A stretch of DNA of 56,421 nt. Origin: a virus (Duplodnaviria > Caudoviricetes). A program made the position numbers and the translations under genes. The notes below the pieces were generated by a model. The model was not told the DNA's origin. It did not search any database and worked only from the letters and a program-made list of their open reading frames with translations. The DNA is taken from positions 1 to 56,421 of IMG/VR virus record IMGVR_UViG_3300026484_000465. One strand, given 5' to 3'. This document shows positions 20,647-30,099 of the stretch, piece after piece; positions within the stretch are counted from its first letter, which is position 1, and each line of letters opens with the position of its first letter.

Positions 20647-22023
20647 ATGGCTAGTCTGTTTATATCAACAGTAAAACCAAAAACACTGGAAGTTATACCA
20701 GGCAAAAAACCATGGTTAACAAATATACCTGATGAACAAAAAGATGTTATATTGTATAAATTGGTAGGGCCTTGTCCTCCTCCAAACCAAGGTGGATGTG
20801 GTAAATATAAAAATGAAAAAAAAATAGTAGTTAAAGTTCCCGCAATGAGAGAAATGTTGACTCCATTTTTAATGGATTCAATTGAAAAAGAGATGAAAAA
20901 TAAATATTATCACAATATTAGATATATAGAAGTAGACAATAAAACATTCTACAAAAGATTAAAAAAACATAAAATACATAAATTTAGATATTTTTATAAA
21001 GGTAAGTTCAGAACATTATATTTTAATTTACAATCAAAATCTTTGATATTAAAAGAAAATTTCGCTATTCATTTAACTTTATTTGCTTCTTTTCCTGCAA
21101 GAGGTTTAACGGCTGGATTACCTGTTCCTTGTAAAAGAGCTGGTTCATATAAAGCACCTTGCGCGTGTAATGCATCTGATTGGGCAATAGCTACATGGTT
21201 AAAAGGGCTTGACCCACTTAAAGATGAGTGGTGGCAGATACATGGGGAACCAGAGTTAGATAAGTATTGTAGTCCAACTGGAAAACCTTGTTATGGTGCC
21301 CCGTTGGAATTAGAACATGATATATATTATTATACAAAGCCAGGTGATAATGATTATATTGTTGAATGTTTTACTGAAGAAATTGTGAACAATAATTTAG
21401 AAGGATGGGCTAAAACCAAATATTTTATATTAGATAGAGAAGGCGAATATTTTAAAAAAGGAACAAAAAATAAAGCAAGATACTCCGATTGGGTTTTAGA
21501 TTCATATAATAGTCAAGAGTATCAGAGAATAGAATTATATCATGATAAAAAAGAAGAAGTTAAAGCTAGATTTGTTGTTGATAACTTTAAAAGTATTGAT
21601 GAACTGTTTAAAAAAATAGGATACTCATGGTTTGGCAGACATAACACTTTTTATTTAATGTGGTTAGGATGTGTTAATTATTTTAATGATGAAATTATAG
21701 AAGGATTTTACTGCCCTCCAGACCCAGAACTCAAAATAATTGGAGGGGGTGGTGCTAAATTAATAGTTCCTAATGGTGGTGGAATAGAGGCGAATGGTTT
21801 TAATGACATTAGTGACGATAAAGAATTTCTTATTCAACAAACAATAGAATGGTATAAACAACCAGATTTGTCTATAAAACATTTAGATGATATAAAAATA
21901 TTCCAACAAGAGCAAGTATTGTATTTTAACATAAACACAGATAAATATTTAGACAAGATAAGAATTAATGGGAACACAAATGATGATTTTATAGATTATG
22001 CTGTGGTAAACTATTTTACTTAA
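20647..22023 (+). CDS. Hypothetical Cys/Pro-rich tail-region protein
   Basis: RBS; GPCPPPNQGGCG, VPCKRAG..APCACN, YCSPTGKPCYG clusters. Confidence 0.55.
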   Translation: MASLFISTVKPKTLEVIPGKKPWLTNIPDEQKDVILYKLVGPCPPPNQGGCGKYKNEKKIVVKVPAMREMLTPFLMDSIEKEMKNKYYHNIRYIEVDNKTFYKRLKKHKIHKFRYFYKGKFRTLYFNLQSKSLILKENFAIHLTLFASFPARGLTAGLPVPCKRAGSYKAPCACNASDWAIATWLKGLDPLKDEWWQIHGEPELDKYCSPTGKPCYGAPLELEHDIYYYTKPGDNDYIVECFTEEIVNNNLEGWAKTKYFILDREGEYFKKGTKNKARYSDWVLDSYNSQEYQRIELYHDKKEEVKARFVVDNFKSIDELFKKIGYSWFGRHNTFYLMWLGCVNYFNDEIIEGFYCPPDPELKIIGGGGAKLIVPNGGGIEANGFNDISDDKEFLIQQTIEWYKQPDLSIKHLDDIKIFQQEQVLYFNINTDKYLDKIRINGNTNDDFIDYAVVNYFT

Positions 22024-22063
22024 TAATTTTTTATGTTATAATTAAGAAAAAAAAGGAAAAAAA

Positions 22064-22567
22064 ATGACTTTTACTAACACAAGTAAAGCAGTTTTAGTGT
22101 TAAATGGTAGGTTAATAGATCCTAGTAAGTCTATTTTTGTAAGTGATGATAATTTAAAATCAAATGCTCACAAAATTCTTCAATATTGTGTTACTAATAA
22201 AGGTATTGTAAAAGATATTACAGGAAAACAAATGTCTGTTGAAGCACTTAAAGAATATATTAATTATAGTAGTGTATCAACAAAAAACGAACAAGTAGAA
22301 AAAGAAAAGGATGATTATCTTGATATACTTAAAGAAACTATTAAAGAGGAAGAAGCAAAAGAAAAGCCTGTCGTTGAAGTGGAAAAAGAAACTGTTAAAG
22401 TGGAAAAAGAAAAAGAAGAACCTGTTACTGAAGTAAAAGAGCCTGTTGTTGAAGAAACAAAAGAACCTGTTACTGAAGTAAAAGAGCCTGTTGTTGAAGA
22501 AACAAAAGAACCTGTTGTTGAAACTAAAAAAACTAATTCAAGAAAAACAACATCAAGAAGAAAATAA
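22064..22567 (+). CDS. Hypothetical protein with E/K/P/V-rich repeat tail
   Basis: Own TGtTATAAT promoter and RBS; KEPVTEVKEPVVEET repeats. Confidence 0.65.
   Translation: MTFTNTSKAVLVLNGRLIDPSKSIFVSDDNLKSNAHKILQYCVTNKGIVKDITGKQMSVEALKEYINYSSVSTKNEQVEKEKDDYLDILKETIKEEEAKEKPVVEVEKETVKVEKEKEEPVTEVKEPVVEETKEPVTEVKEPVVEETKEPVVETKKTNSRKTTSRRK
22416..22516 (+). repeat. 45-bp in-frame tandem repeat, about 2.2 copies
   Basis: AAGAACCTGTTACTGAAGTAAAAGAGCCTGTTGTTGAAGAAACAA begins at 22416, 22461 and partly 22506. Confidence 0.9.
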
Positions 22568-22570
22568 CAC

Positions 22571-23041
22571 ATGGCTCTATATGTAGATATTGATGACATT
22601 AAAGAATTTATTCAAGACAAACCAGAATTAAATTTCCTTAATGACAATATGGAACAGTTTAGAGATGATTTGTACGACGTGATATTACCTATGGTAGAAG
22701 ATGAGATATTGACTCAATATCCTTCTTTGTCAGGTCGTAAAATAAGAAAAAGTATAATAATGTTCTTAATTATAGCCAACTTGATGGGATCAGAGGCTTT
22801 TATTCAAGTTAGAAATCAAGTGAGTGTGGCTGATACAAATAATAATGGTACTTCATTATATGGAAAACAAGGTGAATATTTACAATTAGAACAAATGTAT
22901 AGACAAAGGGCTAATTTAATGCTCAATGCTATGGTTAAATCTTCTTTCTATAATGAATGTTGGGGAAGTGTGTATTCTAATGCATCAGATATGGAAAGTA
23001 GTAATGAAATGTATGATGGTTTAATTACTATAGGGTATTAG
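22571..23041 (+). CDS. Putative head-tail adaptor (neck) protein
   Basis: Size, helical character and position three genes upstream of sheath. Confidence 0.5.
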   Translation: MALYVDIDDIKEFIQDKPELNFLNDNMEQFRDDLYDVILPMVEDEILTQYPSLSGRKIRKSIIMFLIIANLMGSEAFIQVRNQVSVADTNNNGTSLYGKQGEYLQLEQMYRQRANLMLNAMVKSSFYNECWGSVYSNASDMESSNEMYDGLITIGY

Positions 23042-23857
23042 ATGATTAGATTAATAAAAGACACAGTTAATTCTATTATTGTTTACATTTGGGATGAAAA
23101 TGTAACAGCTGATACTTTACGAGTATGGACAAAACACTCTTCATCTGAAAAAAAATTAGTTGGCGAGTTACCATACAATAAAGATAAAATAGATTATTTA
23201 TTTTCAGGATTCTCTAATTTTATTGATTATAATGTTGATTTTTTTCCTTTTGAAGTGGAATTTTTAAAAGACAACAAAATTATAAAAAATGTTATTGTTA
23301 GCACAACAAATTACAAATTAAAACCGTTCCAAAGAGGGGTTTATAAAGTAAAAAGACAAGAGTTTTACATAAAAGCAAAAAACGTAAATGGAATGAGATT
23401 GCTTTTATTTAAAAAACAAAATAAAGAACATTGTCCCGATTGTTGGGATGAGGATTATAAATCTTCAAATAATAGCAATTGTAAAACATGTGGTGGAACT
23501 GGCTATGTAGATAAGTATTCATTACCTGTTTTTAGTTATGGATTTTACTTTAATGACCAACCAGTAGATTCCCCAACTATTGAGAGTGGTAAACAACCAT
23601 TAAATCCTGCAGTAGGAAATAATGCATATATTACTTTACTCCCTGATATTGTCTTAACCCAATCAGATCTAATCTACTCTGTAGATATTGGTGATTTAAG
23701 TATTATACATAAAACAACATTAACACTTTTCAATAATAACCCTATAAGTCAAAAAGTATTTACTTCATCGCTACCAACAAATTCCAACGTTTATAAATCC
23801 ATAAAGGAAAATCTACATAATAAGATGAAGGAGGTGATGGGTGGCATTGGACAATAA
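23042..23857 (+). CDS. Putative neck/head-closure protein with zinc finger
   Basis: HCPDCWD...CKTCGGTGYV four-Cys cluster; position in neck module. Confidence 0.5.
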   Translation: MIRLIKDTVNSIIVYIWDENVTADTLRVWTKHSSSEKKLVGELPYNKDKIDYLFSGFSNFIDYNVDFFPFEVEFLKDNKIIKNVIVSTTNYKLKPFQRGVYKVKRQEFYIKAKNVNGMRLLLFKKQNKEHCPDCWDEDYKSSNNSNCKTCGGTGYVDKYSLPVFSYGFYFNDQPVDSPTIESGKQPLNPAVGNNAYITLLPDIVLTQSDLIYSVDIGDLSIIHKTTLTLFNNNPISQKVFTSSLPTNSNVYKSIKENLHNKMKEVMGGIGQ

Positions 23858-24554
23858 TTCTGTAAAAGTAATAGATATTGGAGAGAAACAAAAAAATACA
23901 GAGATTTCTTTTTCTACATCTACAATAAATTCTTTTAATAGAAAAGTAACTAATCCCAAGGAAATGATTGGTTATTATATGGTATTAACAAACTTATTCC
24001 TTTCTGATATAGGTAGAGAAGATATTGAAACTGATGTCTTTTTTAATGAAAATAAAGCTAGAGAAAATCCAATTTATATATTATTCAATAGAGGAACATT
24101 ATCTCCTGCTAATTTAGCTGTGCCTGGTTCGAGTTTTAATCCTGTTGGCACAGAAGATATATCTATACATATAAACTCTGGAGAAAATATAAACCCTAAT
24201 GAAAACTTGTTAGGAGTTCATATGTTAAATGCCCAAATGCAAATCAAGCTATATGCACATAACAGGGTTGAATTAGAAGAATTAGGTTATAAAATTTATA
24301 ATTTAGTTCTTTCTGTTTCGGACAATGTTTTATCTCAAATGTTTTCTGATATAGCCAGAGTTATGGAGCCATCAATGTCTTCTATTGTGCCAACTAAAGA
24401 TTATGATGATATGTATGAATGTGAAATAGATTGGAGTATTTATTATATAGAAAGCAATATTTTACTTTTTAAAGAAAAAATGTTAAAATACAATAACTTC
24501 ATAGTGTTTGACCAACAGGCACAAGATGAAATAAAAATAAATAAAAAAGGATAA
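23841..24554 (+). CDS. Putative tail terminator/completion protein
   Basis: Directly upstream of sheath; QMQIKLYAHNRVELEELGYKI beta-alpha pattern. Confidence 0.5.
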   Translation: MALDNNSVKVIDIGEKQKNTEISFSTSTINSFNRKVTNPKEMIGYYMVLTNLFLSDIGREDIETDVFFNENKARENPIYILFNRGTLSPANLAVPGSSFNPVGTEDISIHINSGENINPNENLLGVHMLNAQMQIKLYAHNRVELEELGYKIYNLVLSVSDNVLSQMFSDIARVMEPSMSSIVPTKDYDDMYECEIDWSIYYIESNILLFKEKMLKYNNFIVFDQQAQDEIKINKKG

Positions 24555-24557
24555 ATA

Positions 24558-26696
24558 ATGATTTCTATTAGACCTTATGTATCCGTACAAGAGGATATAA
24601 TTGCTTCTGCACCAGTTATGTTAGATTCTTTACTTAAAGGGCTAATTGTAGGTCCAATAATGGATGAATTTCATTCTATTTCTGAAAGTTTTAATTTTTC
24701 TGTTTTAAATAGTGTGACTATTGCAAAATTAAATGATCAACTAGATGATAAAGGTAAATATTTTAAAATAGCTGGAGCCAGAGAAGGTAGTACGGTGGAC
24801 GCTAATTCTATTGAATGGGGTGCTTCTATTGCAAAATTCTTGTTTGATTTTGGTGACAATGAGTTGAAAGGGCATGTTAAAGATAAAGACCATAAATATA
24901 TCTTTATTCAAGAAACAGGTGATGATGGTCAAGCATCAGAAAGCGATTTAATTGACCAAGGATTGCAAAAAGGAGATACTCTTAGAGTATACGATCCAGA
25001 TGATGATAGTAAATTTACTGATATAGTTATTAGGGATTTTGATAGAGATGGAGATGACTTAGCTATTCTTTTATGGGATGAAATTCCTTATGATGTTGAT
25101 GAAACTAAATCTTTAAAAACTGATATTGTTAAAGAATTTAAAGATGTTGAATTAACACAAAAAGACTATAGCTATTCGTCTGCACCATATAGTGGAACGG
25201 ATGTTTTAATTAAAGGTGAGGGTAAGTTTTATTTAACTTACTTTGTTTATAAGCCTACAGATAAAGATGCTAGCTTAAATAACATTGTTGTGTCTACAGC
25301 AAATATGGTGATTCCTAATTATAGTGGGGGAGTTTTAACAGCAAAAGTTTTTGACGGATTTTTAAATAACTTTTTTGATGCATATAGAACTGATTTAGAA
25401 AATCAAATTCTTACAGTAAACTATTCTAACTACAAAAAATTATTAGGAAAACCTTCTAAGAAAAATAAATTAGGTACAGCATTGCATTTAATTGCCCAAG
25501 AAGTGCCAGGCTTCGAAATTAAAGTTATGCCAACAATAAAAGATGATTTAGAGAGTTATTCTAAAGTTTTTGATTCACTTGTGAATGTAGAAGATTTTTA
25601 TAGTATAACCCCACTTACATCGGACAAAAAAGTTATTGGATTGTTAAATAGATTAACAGAACAAGTATCGACTGGTGAAGTATCTAACTTTAAAATGGGT
25701 GTAGCTTCGATTAAGATGCCAATTATAACTAAAAAAATAGAAACTTCTTCTTACAATGTAGAAGATAATGATGATGGCACATATACTGTAACATTAGACA
25801 ATGGTGGTTTTAGTAGTAGTGATATTCGCGTGGGTGATTATATTTTTGGAAATAAAGATATTAAACTTGCAGACGAAGAATATTATAATGACATAGGAGA
25901 AACATATTCAGGAAAAGCCATAGCAAAAATCCAAGATGTTGTAACTGACAAAAAAATCATAATAACTCCTATTATAGAAGGGTTAGAAGTAAAAGAAGCT
26001 TTAGATGGTCAAGATTTAGTTGTTGCTAAATTAAATACAAAAAACGAAATTAAAAAAATTATAAAAGAATATCCTAAATCTTTTAATAATATGCATATGG
26101 TGTTAGTTTTCCCTGATAAGTTTGTAAAAGGTAACAATGTATATGCTGGTTATTATGGTGCTGCTGTTATTCAGGCTGTTATGGCTCATTTACCACCTCA
26201 ACAAGGTTTATCAAATATGGCTATTACTGTTTTTGACAGGGTAATTAATTCTTCTTACTATTTTCAAGAATCAGAGTTAGATGAAATAGCTAGTGCTGGA
26301 GTTATGGTAATTTCTCAAAAATCATTTAATTCTTATCCATATATTATAAGACAATTAACTACAGATATGAATTCTATAGAAGAAATGGAAGTTTCTAAAG
26401 TTAGATGTTTAGATTATGTTGCTATTCAAATTAAACAATCAGTTGATGGTTATGTAGGGAAAAGAAATGTGACACACGATAATGAGGATGAAATACTTCA
26501 AAAAATTGAAGTATTATTAAAAAGTATTATTAAGGATACTTCGAATATATTATTAGGACCAATTATTTTATCTTACTCTAATTTAGTTGTTAAAATAGAT
26601 ACTAATGAAGTTGGAGCGATAGAAGGTTCAGTGGAAGTTGTAACACCTACTTCATTAAATGCAATTAAATTAGGTGTAAAATCTAAAAGTAAATAA
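24558..26696 (+). CDS. Contractile tail sheath protein
   Basis: C-terminal domain YYGAAVIQAV..LPPQQGLSN...ELDEIASAGVMVI...IIRQLTTD...EVSKVRCLDYVA...YVGKRN. Confidence 0.85.
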   Translation: MISIRPYVSVQEDIIASAPVMLDSLLKGLIVGPIMDEFHSISESFNFSVLNSVTIAKLNDQLDDKGKYFKIAGAREGSTVDANSIEWGASIAKFLFDFGDNELKGHVKDKDHKYIFIQETGDDGQASESDLIDQGLQKGDTLRVYDPDDDSKFTDIVIRDFDRDGDDLAILLWDEIPYDVDETKSLKTDIVKEFKDVELTQKDYSYSSAPYSGTDVLIKGEGKFYLTYFVYKPTDKDASLNNIVVSTANMVIPNYSGGVLTAKVFDGFLNNFFDAYRTDLENQILTVNYSNYKKLLGKPSKKNKLGTALHLIAQEVPGFEIKVMPTIKDDLESYSKVFDSLVNVEDFYSITPLTSDKKVIGLLNRLTEQVSTGEVSNFKMGVASIKMPIITKKIETSSYNVEDNDDGTYTVTLDNGGFSSSDIRVGDYIFGNKDIKLADEEYYNDIGETYSGKAIAKIQDVVTDKKIIITPIIEGLEVKEALDGQDLVVAKLNTKNEIKKIIKEYPKSFNNMHMVLVFPDKFVKGNNVYAGYYGAAVIQAVMAHLPPQQGLSNMAITVFDRVINSSYYFQESELDEIASAGVMVISQKSFNSYPYIIRQLTTDMNSIEEMEVSKVRCLDYVAIQIKQSVDGYVGKRNVTHDNEDEILQKIEVLLKSIIKDTSNILLGPIILSYSNLVVKIDTNEVGAIEGSVEVVTPTSLNAIKLGVKSKSK

Positions 26697-26709
26697 AAAA
26701 GGATAAAAG

Positions 26710-27045
26710 ATGGCTTTAACAAAAGGAACTATGAGTTCAACTAATGCTGCTGCAACTGGTATTATTATAAACTACAGTTTAACATATGGAGAAGACCCGC
26801 AACCATTATATGAGGCGGGTAGTTCAGAAATACATGCTGTATTAAGAATGGAATCAATGTTACAGTTACAAGTAAGTAAGGCAATGTTTAATAATGGTGA
26901 TGCTATTCAAAGTGTAAATGGAATACAATTAATAGGGGCTCCTAGCAAAACAATTCAAAACCCTGCTATAAAATACACTTATTCTGCATCTTCTGGACAA
27001 GTTTATGTTGTTGAAAACTTTATGGCAATTGGAAAAGAAGCATAA
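26710..27045 (+). CDS. Putative tail tube protein
   Basis: Follows sheath; GIIINYSLTY...QPLYEAGS pattern; short at 111 aa. Confidence 0.55.
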   Translation: MALTKGTMSSTNAAATGIIINYSLTYGEDPQPLYEAGSSEIHAVLRMESMLQLQVSKAMFNNGDAIQSVNGIQLIGAPSKTIQNPAIKYTYSASSGQVYVVENFMAIGKEA

Positions 27046-27048
27046 TTT

Positions 27049-28809
27049 ATGTCAAAAGGACTCGAAAATACAAAAACCCATCTTTTTTTGGGTTTTGTAA
27101 CAAAAGTAGATCCATTATACAATACTATAGAAATAGATTCTGCTTTATATGGAAAAATATACACTCAATATAACCCTGTTTTGGGATTGGAAAAAGATGA
27201 TTTAGTTTTAGTTTCTAAAATAGAGGGGTTTTTTAGTGTAATAGAAAAAACTATAGTAGATTACGATGAAAAACAATTATATGTAATTGATACTGAAAAG
27301 GAAAATATTGATGAAAGAATAAAAGAAATAAACTCAGAAGATTTGCCCGAAGAAGTTAAATATCCAGCTGATTTTTACATAAAAAAAGAAGAAGGTGATA
27401 AATCTGATAATGTCAGCACAAATGGGTATAGAATAACTAAAAAATTTATAGAATTTTTTTCAGGTTTAGCAACTATGAGGGTTGATTTTAACAGTGTCAG
27501 AATTTTAAGTAAAGCGTTTCTATTTTTTGGAATAAAAACAAAGGCTTTATTTAAGGTTACTGAAAATAAAACAGAAGACAACTCTTATGCCTTATTTATT
27601 CCTAAAAATAATAATAAACCATATTTAATAAATATTAAAGGAGATGTAAGGTCTGCACTATTTGAACATAAAATAGAAGTTGAATTACCTATACCAATAG
27701 AAAACATTGTTTTGTTAAATGCTGTAATATCAGACACAAAAGACATTATTTATGACTTAACAGAAACATCTTATGTTTATGATGATAATAAAAATACATT
27801 AACAGTAACAGATAAAGATAAAACACACAAAATATCAAGGGAAGCAATAAACCTTTTTACGGAGAATATAAATAAAAAATTATATAAATACTTTTCTTAT
27901 GAATGTGTGATAGATGGCAATAAATATCAGATAGTGAGTTATGAAGCAATAGATAAAAAAGGAAATAAATATAATTTTAATAACAATGTTTTTAATGTAT
28001 TAAAAAATAAAGAGGAAATTATTGTTGAAAAAGAAAAAATATATTCATCCGACACAATGAGAATATGGGGAAAATCTATGTACATTAAAAACACACCTAT
28101 ATCCGAGAGTCCATGGTATATGGAAATTTTATATAAGAAAGCCATAATTAACTTTTATTGTAATTTACAGGTAAATGTATCTGAAGCTGTTTATCTGAAT
28201 TCAAAAAATACTACATTAAACACATATAAACAATATAAATCGTATTTTAATATAAATACAAATATTGTAAATGCCAAATCTAATGTTATAAATATATCAT
28301 TAGATGATTCACTTGAAGATAAAGCAGCATATTTATTAAATATTAAAGACAGTGTAAATATTGTTTCAAATAAAAACAATATATTTGTTGTGCAATCTTT
28401 AAAAAGTGGAGATGCAATAAGTTTTTCTATTACAAAAAACAATAATGTGTATTTTACAAAAACAAATCAAATATATTCTGATTGTAAAACATTTATTGTT
28501 CCTTCTGGGCAAATTATTGCGAAATCATTATATATAAAGAAATATTTAATTGTAAAAGATGTTTTTACTGCGTTTGAAAAAGGAGTTTATTTAACTGCTC
28601 CAACAACTTACATAAAGGCAGATAATATATTTTATGTTGATACAGAAAAAAGTTATTTAAAAGCAAAAACTAATATTGTTTTATATATTGAAAAAGAAAA
28701 AATAAATGATGAAGATAAGAATACAACAATGTCATATATCTCTATGTCTAAATCAAGCATAATAGGGAATGCAAGTAGTGTTGTTATTCCTAATTTAAAG
28801 AAAGGTTAA
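27049..28809 (+). CDS. Putative baseplate spike (gp5/gpV-like OB-fold N-terminus)
   Basis: GFVTKVDP...IEIDS...GLEKDDLVLV OB-fold-like start; beta-strand-repeat C-terminus. Confidence 0.45.
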   Translation: MSKGLENTKTHLFLGFVTKVDPLYNTIEIDSALYGKIYTQYNPVLGLEKDDLVLVSKIEGFFSVIEKTIVDYDEKQLYVIDTEKENIDERIKEINSEDLPEEVKYPADFYIKKEEGDKSDNVSTNGYRITKKFIEFFSGLATMRVDFNSVRILSKAFLFFGIKTKALFKVTENKTEDNSYALFIPKNNNKPYLINIKGDVRSALFEHKIEVELPIPIENIVLLNAVISDTKDIIYDLTETSYVYDDNKNTLTVTDKDKTHKISREAINLFTENINKKLYKYFSYECVIDGNKYQIVSYEAIDKKGNKYNFNNNVFNVLKNKEEIIVEKEKIYSSDTMRIWGKSMYIKNTPISESPWYMEILYKKAIINFYCNLQVNVSEAVYLNSKNTTLNTYKQYKSYFNINTNIVNAKSNVINISLDDSLEDKAAYLLNIKDSVNIVSNKNNIFVVQSLKSGDAISFSITKNNNVYFTKTNQIYSDCKTFIVPSGQIIAKSLYIKKYLIVKDVFTAFEKGVYLTAPTTYIKADNIFYVDTEKSYLKAKTNIVLYIEKEKINDEDKNTTMSYISMSKSSIIGNASSVVIPNLKKG

Positions 28810-28814
28810 TTGCT

Positions 28815-29249
28815 GTGGTTATAGATGTAAATAATGTTGAAATTAAATCAATTTTAAATCAATTCCAGCCTTTTACTAGAATAGAAACTATTTCTTTTAT
28901 AGAGGCGGAACTAAATAAAAAAACTATAATAGAAGCACTAAATGATGATACAGTAAAAATAAAAGTTTTTTCTGACTGCATTAACGATGTTGAGTTTATT
29001 GGGAAAAAAATTGTATTACCTAATTTCTATACACTAAACAACGAATCACAAAAAAATCTAATATCTGTGTTTGAATTTGTTATCAATAAAATAAAAACCA
29101 CTCTTCCTTATAATAAAGAGAATGGGATATTGGTTGACATAAATAAAGGTAATATAAAAATAATAGATAATGGGTCTGGTTTTGAAAAAGAAACAATATT
29201 ATTGTATAATTTACTAACAATACAATTATGTGAAAAACTAAAAAAATAA
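28815..29249 (+). CDS. Hypothetical protein in tail module
   Basis: GTG start after AAGG; 144 aa. Confidence 0.5.
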   Translation: MVIDVNNVEIKSILNQFQPFTRIETISFIEAELNKKTIIEALNDDTVKIKVFSDCINDVEFIGKKIVLPNFYTLNNESQKNLISVFEFVINKIKTTLPYNKENGILVDINKGNIKIIDNGSGFEKETILLYNLLTIQLCEKLKK

Positions 29250-29262
29250 AAAGGAACAAAAA

Positions 29263-29817
29263 ATGAACGATACAATTAACACAGAGTTATTTAAAAACAA
29301 CAATATAAAACAAAATATGGAAGCAAAGAGTAGTACAGACAACAAAGATAAGTCTAAGAAAGAGGAATATGAGAATTTTTTTGATAAAACAATGGAAGAG
29401 TTAAAGTTAAGTGAAGAAGATATTGTTTATAGAATTGTAGAGTTAGTAGACAAAGGTTATATTGAAGATGAAGTAGCTATTTTAAATAAAATACATGTTA
29501 CTTTAAGAACTGGTTTTATATCAGAAACAGAAATACTTTATGAATATATGGAGCAAGAAGCCGATAATTCTGTAGGGGTTTTTGAATTTAAAGTAGCCTT
29601 AGCTGGTGTTGCTATGTGTTTATTTGAATATAAAGATAAAAAATTCGAACCAGTAAAAACACTTCATGATCTAAATAAAAAAGTTGCTTGGATTGAAGAA
29701 AATATTCCATTGGCAATACATACTCAAATCCAGATAAAATTAAACCGTTTAAAAAAAATAAGCACATTACTTGGTCACGAAAAGATAAATGATATGCTGG
29801 GAAAGTTGGGTGGCTAA
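29263..29817 (+). CDS. Tail assembly chaperone (gpG-like)
   Basis: Upstream of tape measure; in-frame G GGA AAG slippery site four codons before stop. Confidence 0.7.
   Translation: MNDTINTELFKNNNIKQNMEAKSSTDNKDKSKKEEYENFFDKTMEELKLSEEDIVYRIVELVDKGYIEDEVAILNKIHVTLRTGFISETEILYEYMEQEADNSVGVFEFKVALAGVAMCLFEYKDKKFEPVKTLHDLNKKVAWIEENIPLAIHTQIQIKLNRLKKISTLLGHEKINDMLGKLGG
29799..29805 (+). other. Programmed -1 frameshift heptamer GGGAAAG
   Basis: Correct phase (G GGA AAG); -1 frame is open from 29799 through 30098. Confidence 0.75.
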
Positions 29818-30098
29818 TAGACTATATCAAAGCTTATGTTGACAACAAAACAGCTAATGTTACTCTGAAAAAATTATTATTGGCTTGTTTTGTTATTGAA
29901 AACTTAAATAAAAAAAGATATTTAAAAATGAAAGCTTTAAATGATGTTATGATTGCATCTTTGAAAAAAAATGATGATTATAAAACAACTTACTCCTCTA
30001 TTTTAGAAAATATAGATAAATATTTTAATATAAAAAATGAAGAAAAGAAAGTGACAGAAAAAGACATGTTATTAGGTATAGAATTTTTAAAGGAATAA
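29799..30098 (+). CDS. Frameshift extension of tail assembly chaperone (gpGT-like T part)
   Basis: -1 frame reads GKVGWLIDYIKAYVDNK...LLLACFVIENL... and includes the 29880..30098 ORF, which has only a TTG start with no RBS. Confidence 0.7.
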   Translation, partial: GKVGWLIDYIKAYVDNKTANVTLKKLLLACFVIENLNKKRYLKMKALNDVMIASLKKNDDYKTTYSSILENIDKYFNIKNEEKKVTEKDMLLGIEFLKE

Positions 30099-30099
30099 A

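Noticed and set aside
1999-22023. Diversity-generating retroelement or invertase shufflon acting on tail genes
   Set aside because: No reverse transcriptase, recombinase or template/variable repeat pair seen by eye in this window
23042-23857. DnaJ chaperone from CxxCxGxG
   Set aside because: Only one such repeat, no J-domain HPD; neck-module position fits a structural zinc finger
22571-23857. Stop-codon reassignment or read-through (TAG at 23039-23041 followed by in-frame ATG)
   Set aside because: Long ORFs are intact under the standard code and other TAG/TGA stops coincide with gene boundaries; a single abutting pair is not enough
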